Assembly (NCBI GenBank): GCA_963771075.1
Contig: CAVYSE010000024.1
Location: 1 to 64,000, forward strand
Reading direction: 5' to 3'
Length of the DNA: 64,000 nucleotides
Source of the DNA: a candidate division FCPU426 bacterium
Lineage (GTDB): Bacteria > Oederibacteriota > Muellerivitia > Muellerivitales > Muellerivitaceae
Of the stretch, positions 51,415-60,952 are shown one piece after another. The notes under the pieces were generated by a model. That model was given only the letters and a program-made list of their open reading frames with translations. It was not told the origin of the DNA and did no database searches. Each line of letters begins with the position of its first letter. Position 1 is the stretch's first letter. Position numbers and translations under genes: made by a program.

Positions 51415-51684
51415 CCAAAACCCTTTCACCGCAAATTACAGTCCGTACCCCCCTTATTCAATTTTTAGGTTTTTAACGGGCAATACCATTCTTTGTGTCC
51501 TTTGGGATGAATCCTTTTTTTGTTTGGTAACGGATGAGAAAATTTCAGAAAGTTCCAGCCGTTTAACCGAATTTTCCACCGGATCCAATTATTCGCTAAG
51601 ATAATGATTCGTCGTTCGGGGGAGCCGACCGGCCTTCATGGGCCGTGGAAAAATAGGTCATTAAATATGAATCGGAGTACCTTC

Positions 51685-52977
51685 ATGAAATCATCCCTTC
51701 GTTTCGCCGCCATCGCCCTGGTCCTGTGCGGGTTCTGGGCGGGTTGTGGGAAGGGCCAGGATAAAAACCTGGTGCGCGTGGCCATTTTCAGCACCGACCC
51801 CTCGGTCATCCAGATCCTCAACAAGACCATCACGGATATCCAGGACCGGCACCCCGGCCTCAAGGTCCGGATGGAAAGCATCCCCTACGGGAATTTCGAG
51901 GAAAAGATCACGACCCAGACGGTGGCGGGTATCGCCCCGGATATCGTCAGCACCGAGGCCAGCCAATTCGTGGACCTCTACCTTCGCGGGGCTTTCATCG
52001 ACCTGACCCCCTATTTCCAAAAGGACGGGATGGACCCGAAGGATTACTATCCCACCGTCCTGAGCCATTTCAGCCCCGGGGGGAAGATCTACGCCATCCC
52101 ATCCGACCTCGCCCCCATAGGCCTGGTTTATTACAACAAGAAATTCTTTGACGAGGCCAAGGTTCCCTATCCCACCGCCGCCTGGAAATGGCCGGATGAC
52201 TTCCTGGCCGTCTGCCAGAAGCTCGTGAAAAAGGACGCCACCGGCAAGATTGTCCGCTACGCCTACATCGACCCCTACGGCATCAACGCGGTGAATTTCA
52301 TGCTTAGCAACGGCGGTTATTTCACGGACAACCCGGACCATCCCACCCGGCTTGCCCTGGACTCGCCCGAGGCGATGCAAGCTTACCGTTTCCGCTGGGA
52401 CCTGATCCACACCTACCACGTTTCACCCACCCTGAGCGAACTGCAGGCCTTCAGTTTCGGGAGCGGCGCGGAGAACATGTTCATGAACGGGCAGGCGGCC
52501 ATGATGGGGTCGGGTGTATGGCACACCCCCCACTTTCTTCAGAAAAAAGACCTGGACTTCGACGTGGTGGAGTTTCCGCGCGGGCCCGGCGGGAAGCAGG
52601 GCTGGCAATGCGGCGGGACCGGCTACGCCATCAGCAAGGATTGCAAAAATATCGATAACGCCTGGATCGTCCTGAAGGAACTGACGGGCCCTGGCGTCGC
52701 GGCGGCGGTCGCCGCTACCGGAATGATCCAGCCGGCCCTGGTCAAGGTGGCCAATTCGGACGCCTTCTTGAAAAGCATGGGCGCCGCCCACAAAAGCATC
52801 CTGCTGGGCATGCCCCAGAACGCCTATTTCACGCCCTTCATCAAGAATTGGAGCGAGATCTGGGACGGGCAGGTGGGACCGGCCATGGACCCGGCCTGGA
52901 TGGGAAACAAGAAGCCCGAGGAGATTCTTCCCAAACTGGTGGCGGACATCAACCGGAAGTATTTCAACCAGAAATAA
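51685..52977 (+). CDS. Oligosaccharide ABC substrate-binding lipoprotein (SBP family 1)
   Basis: WAG|C lipobox; APDI, DLTPY, YAIP, YYNK..FDEA.V.YP…W.W, F.NGQAAM, GG.GYAIS. Confidence 0.88.
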   Translation: MKSSLRFAAIALVLCGFWAGCGKGQDKNLVRVAIFSTDPSVIQILNKTITDIQDRHPGLKVRMESIPYGNFEEKITTQTVAGIAPDIVSTEASQFVDLYLRGAFIDLTPYFQKDGMDPKDYYPTVLSHFSPGGKIYAIPSDLAPIGLVYYNKKFFDEAKVPYPTAAWKWPDDFLAVCQKLVKKDATGKIVRYAYIDPYGINAVNFMLSNGGYFTDNPDHPTRLALDSPEAMQAYRFRWDLIHTYHVSPTLSELQAFSFGSGAENMFMNGQAAMMGSGVWHTPHFLQKKDLDFDVVEFPRGPGGKQGWQCGGTGYAISKDCKNIDNAWIVLKELTGPGVAAAVAATGMIQPALVKVANSDAFLKSMGAAHKSILLGMPQNAYFTPFIKNWSEIWDGQVGPAMDPAWMGNKKPEEILPKLVADINRKYFNQK

Positions 52978-53030
52978 GGCAATGAATTAACCGCGAAGGA
53001 GCGAAGGAAAACTTTTTCTTGGCTGAACAA

Positions 53031-53067
53031 AACAAAAGCCCGGCCCCTCAGGGGACGGGCTTTTGTT
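53031..53067. terminator. Bidirectional intrinsic terminator
   Basis: AACAAAAGCCCG…CGGGCTTTTGTT between convergent genes. Confidence 0.8.
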
Positions 53068-53086
53068 TATTCGGAAAGAATCGGGG

Positions 53087-53788
53087 CTAGAACATCTCGA
53101 CGTTGCTGATTTCCGCGAAACCGGTCACGGGGTTCGCGAACTGGTTCACGCTTCCATTGCAGCCGATATAGAACCCGAACGCCTCCACCGAAGTGGGGTC
53201 GCTGGCCGCGCCCGTAAAGACGACCTGCTGCCAGGTGTTAGCCGCGTTGAAATTGGCCCAGGAGTTCTGGGCCCAGACCCAGGAGGAACCGCTCAGGGTG
53301 AAGGCGAAGCATCCCGGAGGAAAGTTGTTGGGGTTATCGGAGGGCAGGGGGTTGGTGCGGACCCATCCCCTGAACCCGCTCAATCCCATGGAGGTCCAGT
53401 TGGCCGCGGCGGCGTAATTGTAGCGAAACACAAGGTTCTCACTGCCGCCGTTCCAGACGATGCTCACGCCTCCCGCTTCCTGGGTGCCGTTGTAACCGGG
53501 ATTGAGGAGCATGAAGGAGGTCAAAAGGGTGGGTTGGACATAGGTGGTCCCGCTGCCTGAGGTGACGCTGACTCCAGTCCCGGAAGCGGTCCAGTTGCAG
53601 ACTTGCTCGTTGGCGCCCTCGAAGAAGGTGACGGGCACGGGGTTGCAGGTCGCGGTGGGGGTCGGACTGTAGGTGGGGGTCGGGGCGAAGGTCACGGTGG
53701 GGATCCCGTTATGGCAACCCGAGGCTACGACCAAGAGGGTCCCCGCCAGGATGAGAAGTAGGGGCACCATTAAGAGTATTCGCTTCAT
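53087..53788 (-). CDS. Lipoprotein with PT linker and probable carbohydrate-binding domain
   Basis: ASG|C lipobox, PTPTYSPTPT linker, Trp-rich beta domain; GAGGAGG RBS. Confidence 0.7.
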   Translation of the reverse strand: MKRILLMVPLLLILAGTLLVVASGCHNGIPTVTFAPTPTYSPTPTATCNPVPVTFFEGANEQVCNWTASGTGVSVTSGSGTTYVQPTLLTSFMLLNPGYNGTQEAGGVSIVWNGGSENLVFRYNYAAAANWTSMGLSGFRGWVRTNPLPSDNPNNFPPGCFAFTLSGSSWVWAQNSWANFNAANTWQQVVFTGAASDPTSVEAFGFYIGCNGSVNQFANPVTGFAEISNVEMF

Positions 53789-53913
53789 CGACATCCTCCT
53801 CAAGTAGTTAAACCGGTTCCAATCATCTGCCCCTATAGCTCCTGGGTGAATTATATCACCCGGGAACCTGGGGTTTTCCCTGTATTAGGCTTGAATTTTG
53901 AAAACCCCTGCCT

Positions 53914-56625
53914 TCAACCTTTACGCTTTTTCTTGGCCTTGGGCGCTGGAGACGCGGCGGGAGAGGCCGCGGGCGCTACTTGCGGGGCCTGGGCCACGAC
54001 CAGGATCGCCGAGAAGGCCGGTACGTGGATGGGCAGGGAAGCGCCCGGCGCCGGGTGCCTTCCCGAATCCAGGAGCCGGTATCCCAGGCTTTCGCTCATG
54101 GTATAGATCTGGTAACTCGTCGCCGCCTGGGGCAGGTTCACGGTGGTCTCGAAATCCTTGTCGTGGTTGCGGTTCACCAGGATCACGAAGTGCTTGGCAC
54201 CGTTGCGCGCCCCGAAGGAGTAAAGGTCGGGGTCGGAGGAGTCGCAGGGGACGTAATCGCCGCCTACCTGGGAGCCCTTTCCGTCGTAATTGCTGAAGAG
54301 CTGATGTCCCAGGTAAACATAACCGCCTTCCCAGGCCGAACCCCAGTCGCAGGCCATGTCCAGTCCTTCCCTCATATAGATCCCCATGGTGACAACCTGC
54401 AGGAGCCCGCCGTGGTAGTAATGCTGGCTGGCAGGGTAGTACTCGGTCATGGAGAGCTTGGTGCCGGGATAGTACTTATCGATCATCTTTTTCAGGTTGG
54501 GAATGAGCGGCCGCCAGGGATCGAAGAGATATTCCTTGTTGCCGGGTTGGGCGCACCAGCTTTCCGGGTCCTCAAAGGTGGGATCGTAAAAGATGCGCAG
54601 GGCGTCGAACTGCTTGGGGGTCAGGACCGGGTCGTAGGGGAAATCGCCCAAGACGTTCACGTTATCACCCTTGGCGTTCTTGGCCCAGACCTCCGGGAAG
54701 CCGTGGTCGTCCACATAGTCGATCAGGCGCTTGCCCGCCTTCTGGGAAAGCTTGTTCATGGCGTAGAGGTAATAGGCCAGCTGGGTAAAATCGCCGTGGG
54801 CCTTGCGTTCGGTCCATTTGTCCCCCTTGGCGTTGTCCCGGTCCCGGTAATTGGCCACGCCGCCGGGAATATAGTCCCAGGGGGAGCCCGCCAGTTCCAT
54901 CACGCCCCAAGCCGTAAAGCCGATCACCTGGGCTTCCGGGTCGACCTCCTTGACCGCGGTGGCGTAAGAGGCGTTCAGCTCCACCAGGTCCTTGTAGCCG
55001 ATGCCCTTGGGGCAGACGTCCCGGTGGTTGAATTGCCACAAGCCGGGCTCGTTGTCCATCTGGTAAAAGCGCACGCCACCCTGGGAGGCGGGCTTGAAGT
55101 TCTTCACGATGGTCTGCACCCATTCTTTCTGGAAGGCGGGCGTGGAGGGGATGTAATTGAGGTTCGGGTCGATGTCCCAGATCATCCCCTTCTTGTTCGC
55201 CAGCACCCCGTTGCCCGCCCCCTGGCCGTCGCTGGCCTCCTGGTCGGGATAGACGGAGGTGGGATAGGAGCAAAGCTCCTTGCCGGAAGTCGGGGCGGGC
55301 TTGGCCACCCAGCCGATGGTGGGGATGGTGATGATGGCCTGCGAACCCGCGTTGAAGCAGTCCTCGATGAATTGATAGTAGCGTTTGTCCTTTTCCAGGC
55401 CGCTCTTGGGGGGGCCTCCGGCGTTCAGGAAGTACCAGTCGTTCCCCTTGTTGTCCGCGTCGTCCTTCCAGTTGTAGTTGGTGGTGTCGTTGCCGCCCCA
55501 GCGGTTTACGGTGCCGCCCACTTTTTTGAGGCTGTCGGAGGCGAGGTAATTGAAGCCGTAGAGATAGGGGGAAATGGGGTGGTCCGCCCGGGACGAGACG
55601 GTCACGACCGCCTTTCCGACCGCGCGAGGGGTGAGGTCCACCGATGCGGTCTGGACCGCGGAAGACTGGGTTCCGTCCATGGCGCTCACGCCCACCAGGT
55701 GCGTCCCCGCCGCCTTAAAGAAGGAAAGAGGTAGTTTGGCGGAGCGCTGCTTGCCGTCCACCTCGCCCGCGTTCTGGCCGTCCACGGTCAACTGGAAGCC
55801 CGTGACTTCCTCCTCGGCGGACTTGTCCCAAACCACATAGACCCCTCCCGGGACGCTCTGCCAGCCCAGGTTGGAGACGGGCGTCACCATCTTGGCGTCG
55901 GTGAAATAAAGCTTGTCCAGGTGGATATAGACCGGGGTGTTCTCGGGGTAATCCCCGGCGAGGTCGAAGCGGACGATCTTGCATTGGGTGATGTCCAGCT
56001 TGGATAGGCTGGGGATAGAGGAGAGGGGGATGATGACCTGGGTCCAATCGGTTCCCAGCTTATGGCCGGTGGCGAAATCGCTGAGCTTCACGTTGCCGGT
56101 GGTGGCGGAATCGGTGGTGCCGGTGAGCCCCAAATTGAAATCCACCCCGGGGTTGTTGGTTTTGGCGTAAAAGGACAGGTATTTGGCGCCGGTAAGGTCC
56201 ACCGCTGACCAGTTCTTGTTGAAGGCGACCCCGCCGCCCGCCCATTTTTTTCCCCAGAATTTGTCGGTGGGGCTGGTGACCCAGGTGAACTCGTAGGAGA
56301 GGCAGTCGTCCGCGTTGGCCTCGCTGTCGAAAAGCACCCAATCGGGATGTTCGCTCAGCGTCTGGGCGTCGATCTTTTTCTTGCTGGGGTCCGGGCGCAA
56401 CAGGAAGTTGTGCGTGTCGCCCAGGCACACGATGCTCACGCCGCCCTTGCCGTCCTTGCCCGAAGCGTCATCCCAGGAAGGACCGTAAAACTGGATGGCG
56501 TCGGCGGGGGCCGCCGTGGATTTCTGCAGGGTATTCATCGACCGGAGGGCGCAGCCAACGGAAAGGACCGCCAAGATTCCGATCAGGCAAAGGGCTCGGG
56601 GGAGGGAATGCGGGCGAGGGTTCAT
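53914..56625 (-). CDS. GH44 endoglucanase/xyloglucanase lipoprotein with N-terminal CBM-like and Fn3-like domains
   Basis: SVG|C; ISPYLYGFN, NRWGGN..TNYNW, NDWYF, TIPTIGWVAK, YQMDNEP.LW…HRDV, LSMTEY, NYDGKG. Confidence 0.85.
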   Translation of the reverse strand: MNPRPHSLPRALCLIGILAVLSVGCALRSMNTLQKSTAAPADAIQFYGPSWDDASGKDGKGGVSIVCLGDTHNFLLRPDPSKKKIDAQTLSEHPDWVLFDSEANADDCLSYEFTWVTSPTDKFWGKKWAGGGVAFNKNWSAVDLTGAKYLSFYAKTNNPGVDFNLGLTGTTDSATTGNVKLSDFATGHKLGTDWTQVIIPLSSIPSLSKLDITQCKIVRFDLAGDYPENTPVYIHLDKLYFTDAKMVTPVSNLGWQSVPGGVYVVWDKSAEEEVTGFQLTVDGQNAGEVDGKQRSAKLPLSFFKAAGTHLVGVSAMDGTQSSAVQTASVDLTPRAVGKAVVTVSSRADHPISPYLYGFNYLASDSLKKVGGTVNRWGGNDTTNYNWKDDADNKGNDWYFLNAGGPPKSGLEKDKRYYQFIEDCFNAGSQAIITIPTIGWVAKPAPTSGKELCSYPTSVYPDQEASDGQGAGNGVLANKKGMIWDIDPNLNYIPSTPAFQKEWVQTIVKNFKPASQGGVRFYQMDNEPGLWQFNHRDVCPKGIGYKDLVELNASYATAVKEVDPEAQVIGFTAWGVMELAGSPWDYIPGGVANYRDRDNAKGDKWTERKAHGDFTQLAYYLYAMNKLSQKAGKRLIDYVDDHGFPEVWAKNAKGDNVNVLGDFPYDPVLTPKQFDALRIFYDPTFEDPESWCAQPGNKEYLFDPWRPLIPNLKKMIDKYYPGTKLSMTEYYPASQHYYHGGLLQVVTMGIYMREGLDMACDWGSAWEGGYVYLGHQLFSNYDGKGSQVGGDYVPCDSSDPDLYSFGARNGAKHFVILVNRNHDKDFETTVNLPQAATSYQIYTMSESLGYRLLDSGRHPAPGASLPIHVPAFSAILVVAQAPQVAPAASPAASPAPKAKKKRKG

Positions 56626-56664
56626 GGATGGCTCCTGGGATTCGTTTTCGAATAAGAATTAAAT

Positions 56665-56784
56665 CTCCACCACAGAGGCACGGAGTCGCAGGGAAAAACG
56701 GATGATTGTTAAAACCGAAAATCAATCGGGTCTTTGGGCCTGCCGTTTTATGAAAAACCCTGAGTCTCTCTGCGCCTCGGTGGT
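56665..56784. repeat. Inverted pair of ACCACAGAG-type repeats
   Basis: CACCACAGAGGCACGGAGTCGCAGGG … CCCTGAGTCTCTCTGCGCCTCGGTGGT. Confidence 0.7.
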
Positions 56785-57117
56785 AAAGAAGCATAAACAA
56801 ACAGTGAAAAACATTATAGGTTTTAAATTTTGAACAGGGAAAATTTCAATCCGTTCATTGAATAGGCGAGTCCTGCTTGGCGGGGTGGCTCGGGGGCGAC
56901 GCGCGGGTTTTCCATTTTCTAAAATAGACGGGAGGGGTGGAGCGATCGAACCCACCCCGTTCGGAAACTAACGGAAATTGTTTAATGATGTTTCCTGCCA
57001 GAGGGCCCGTTTGATTTTATTGGTTTTATATCGTTGGCCCTTTTAGTAAAGTAAAGTCCGTTGATTTGAAGGCTTCCGGGTTTTGTTCGGTTCAAACCGT
57101 TCCAATCCTCCGCAAAG

Positions 57118-57891
57118 GTGATTATGGTTCCGTCGAAAGTAACCTTCCCGTTCCTCTTCCCGGCCCTGGTTTTATTCATCACCGGTTGCGGTGCGGTTCT
57201 CATCAACGAGGGTTCCAAGGACGAACCCCTTTCCGACGGCCTGAAAAATCCCGAGGTCAAAACCGTTCAAGTGGCCGTGCCCCCCGACCAGTCGGTCATC
57301 AGCAATTTTGAGGACGGCCTCCCGCACATGAACCCCAAGTTATACGGCGCGCCCGCGGGGAAGTGGACCGCCACCTCGCCCGCCGGGATCATCGACACCC
57401 CCCTGGTGGTCGCTGGCGGAGCCAACGGGACCGCAATGGCCATCCGTGTCACCGGGACCCTCGTGAACAAGGGCGATAACAGCTATCCCGCGTTTCTTCT
57501 GGCGGGCAAGTTCAAACCCCGGGGTTTCTTCGACGCGAGCCCCTTCCACGGTATCCGCTTTTATTACAAGTGCTCCACCGACGACCAGGCTCCGAGGCAC
57601 CGGTTTTCCGTACCCATCGCCCCCACCGTTCCGACCTCCTCGGGGGGATCATGCACCGACGGCTGTTACAATCACTTCGGGGCGGACCTGCCCCCGGCGT
57701 CCGAATGGTCGAAGAAGGTTTATGCCTTCACCGACCTGCAGCGTGGTTCGGGGTGGGGTTCCCCGGTGACCCCACCGGATTTTACCGACCACCTGAAAGA
57801 GATCATCGATATCGAATGGATGGAAGGCAGTGAGAACGCCGCGGGTACCTACAAGATCGATTATTGGGTGGATGAGGTCGAATTTTTTTAA
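57118..57891 (+). CDS. CBM11/CIA30-like carbohydrate-binding lipoprotein
   Basis: ITG|C; ISNFEDG, FDASPFHGIRFYYK, NHFG, W….AFTDLQRGSGWG, YWVDEVEFF. Confidence 0.75.
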   Translation: MIMVPSKVTFPFLFPALVLFITGCGAVLINEGSKDEPLSDGLKNPEVKTVQVAVPPDQSVISNFEDGLPHMNPKLYGAPAGKWTATSPAGIIDTPLVVAGGANGTAMAIRVTGTLVNKGDNSYPAFLLAGKFKPRGFFDASPFHGIRFYYKCSTDDQAPRHRFSVPIAPTVPTSSGGSCTDGCYNHFGADLPPASEWSKKVYAFTDLQRGSGWGSPVTPPDFTDHLKEIIDIEWMEGSENAAGTYKIDYWVDEVEFF

Positions 57892-58030
57892 TGACGAGGC
57901 ATGAACCGCGAAGATGCGAAGAAAGCTAAAAAGGCTTAGGTTTTAGAACAAATTTTTGGCGATGGCCTTCATTCCGGAATTCGCGGGGTTGACGGTCTAG
58001 AAGTTTTAAGAAGTATTAATAAGGAATCGA

Positions 58031-60929
58031 ATGTTCGTGTGGATCAACAGACTAAAATTTTACATCCCGTTCATATCCGCTTGCCTTTTTTTAATCGGGA
58101 TTGCCAAGCCCTTATGGGCGAACCCCTTTGAGAACGTCACGCCCGACAGCGACCTTTACCAGCAGGTCAAGCAACTGGGGGATAGCGGCTTACTGGCCCC
58201 CGGGGACAAACAGGTGCTAGACCGTGGCCTGATCGTGACCCGTTTGGAACTGGCCCTGTATGTCGAAAAGGCCCAGAACCAGCTGGACGCCGGAACTCCC
58301 GTTCCTTCCACGGCGCCGGTGGCGCCCCTTCCAGCAGCCCCTGCTCCCCTTGCGCCCGCCGCCAACCCGGCACCCCCTTTACCGGCCGTGCCCGGGGCTC
58401 CCGCCGTGCCCGAGGATCAATTCGCCGCTCCACCCGCGCTATCACCCGCTCCCCCAGCCACTACCGCTCCCGTCGCCGCGCCAGCCATCGCGACCGCCCC
58501 AGTCGTACCTGCCACCGCGCCGGCGGTAACCGCGCCCGCTCCCCAACCCGCTGTCGTTGCTCCCGCAGCACCCGCCACCCTCTTCACCCCGTCCGCTCCC
58601 GCTCCGGCCCCGGTCGTGAAAACGGCTGTGGTGGAGTCGAACCCCAATGACCTGTCCCTTGCCCCGGAAGCACCCACGCCAGTGCTGAAAGAAGCCGCCA
58701 TGGCTCAGACCCCGGGTACGGCTCAAAATTCAGTCTCGGTTTACAGCGGACCCTATGTCGCCACCACGGTCAGCGCCGCCCTGAAGAAAAAGATCGCCAC
58801 CCTTCGACGGGCCCTGCGCGAGGAATCCGAATTCCTGACTACCCGGTTGGCGCTGGATGACCAAAGGATCGCGGATCAGGCCGCGGAACTGGATAAGCTC
58901 AGGACCGCTCAGGACGATGTGGAGGGCGCCTATCGCAAGGCGAACAAATTGAATGGCTCCACCCACCTGACTTACGAGTCCGATTTGCGGGTTGAAAACC
59001 TGCAGATCACTGGCCCCCTCGCCTTCGTGAGCGCCACGAGGACCAAGGAAGAAGCGAATATCGGGCTTTGGGCCGACCTGGGCGGGAAGGGTTCCATTAA
59101 CCTGGGGATTGACGGCACCGTTTACGACGCCAACGCCTCGAGCGGGCCCGGCTCCATTTATGTCAGCAGTCCATCCGTCAATTACGAATTGGACGGGATG
59201 CTGGGAAAATGGAACAGCACGGTGGCGGTGGAATATTACAATTCCGACACCGACTTGGGTGATTTCACCCGTGGAAGCTCCCCCGGTGCCCTGCGCTACG
59301 AGGACCCCTTCGACCTCAAGAAATATTCCGGCGATAAGAACCAGAAGAATTGGGACGATTACATTACCAACCTGACCTATGTTCCCAGCTTTACCTCCTG
59401 GAGCAATTCCAACAACTCCCAGAAAGTGTTCGATGGCCTTTACATGGTCGGCACCCAACTGCCTCTCGTGAGCAAGGACGCCAAGATCACCTTCCTGGTG
59501 GGCCGGGTGGAAAAGGACGCGAGCAAGTGGGAAGAGGGCCTCAAGTACACCCAGCCATGGTTCGACGGCCACCTTCAAACCTCCTTTTCCGCTGAGTGGG
59601 TGAACCAGAATTACGGCGCGGTCGCCAGTTCCTCCGTCTCTCTTACGCCCGTCATGGACCAAAAAAACTACGCGGCGGATTTCGGGATCGACCTGAAGCC
59701 GGTCTTCCTCGACGTTGAAGGCGGCTTTAGCCATTTTTACACGGGCTTATGGACGCCCCAGATGGGGGTGACCGTGAACGGACAGGCCCCGCTTACCTTC
59801 GAAGCGCCCAACGCCCTGGAGGCGCCCGCGGGGCAGGCCTCCCTCAACATCTATCCCCTGACCCTCTATTACACCGCCATCAGCGACAATTACCTCAATA
59901 CCCAGAGCAAGGTCATCCTGTCCGGCTTCAACCTGGCTCGTTACGGCTACGCCCCTTATAGCCCGGTCGCGGACAGCCAGGCCGGGTTTGTGGGCATGGT
60001 GGATGACCTCATTAGCGACCGCTACGGTTGGCGGGCCAACCTGGGATGGAAAGGGCGGCAGGAAGGCTGGATGAAGGACTGGCCCGATTTCCTGGACGAC
60101 ATCGTGGTGAATTTTGACGCGGCCCAAAAAACGGAATACAGCGTGATCCTGGACGAGGCGGGCGCCAACGCCATCGAGGCCTATCAACTGGTCTCGGTCT
60201 ATTACCCGGAGGACAACGGGTTGTGGGGCGATACCTGGTCGGGGTTCGGCGGTATCGGCTCGATGGGAAAGAGCTACATCAACAATATCGAAACCCTGCG
60301 GAACCTGGGAGGCTCCAACTCCCCCTTCTATAACGACACCCTCTTCGCCGGGAACAGCTCCACCCAGCGGATTCCCTTCATCATGCCGGTCTATTCCTCG
60401 CCGGGTGTGATCGAAACCAATAGCTCGGGCTATAACGTTTACAATTACCTGGACCACCTGAAGACCTTCAATTACATCACCCTCACCACCAAATTCCAGT
60501 TCAACAAGATGATGGAAATCGAAACAGCCTTTTTACGGCGGCTTCTTTTTCACCGACCACCAGGTTTCCGGGGTTTCCACCAATCCGCTATTTATGAACA
60601 TGCCGGACCCCAACCGGCCGGGCGCGACCCTGGGCCAGATCCCGAACCTGTTTGAGCAGACGGTTTACGACGGTTCGCTATTCTACCAACTGATGAGGAA
60701 CGTGAACCTGCTGGCCGATTACGGCGTGGAGTTTTGGAAATCCAATTACACCTACCCGCTCGTCGACTACCGAACCGATGCCATCGGCGCGGGCGTGGCT
60801 TACGACGTGCCCTGGGGAGGGTCCAAACTAGAAGCCCACTATAAGCACATCACCTTCCAGGACGCCGATGTGCCGCTGAACAATTACCAGGCGGACCAGC
60901 TGTACGTTTATTTCCTGATGCAGTTTTGA
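58031..60929 (+). CDS. Large outer-membrane protein: SLH-like N-domain, Pro/Ala linker, coiled coil, probable beta-barrel; frameshift at ~60525
   Basis: Signal peptide; PFENVTPDSDLYQQVKQL…VTRLELA; heptads; continues in 60594..60929 ending YVYFLMQF. Confidence 0.7.
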
Positions 60930-60952
60930 CCGAAAGGGATGAGAAAGCGGAA

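Noticed and set aside
53980..55734. 584-aa + strand ORF (also 35431..36666, 47042..48145, 38190..39092, 58730..59734)
   Set aside because: Antisense shadows of well-supported genes; expected from high third-position GC and showing no motifs.
56926..56962. Hairpin with GGTTCGATC on the - strand resembling a tRNA T-arm
   Set aside because: No cloverleaf or acceptor stem could be built; probably a simple hairpin.
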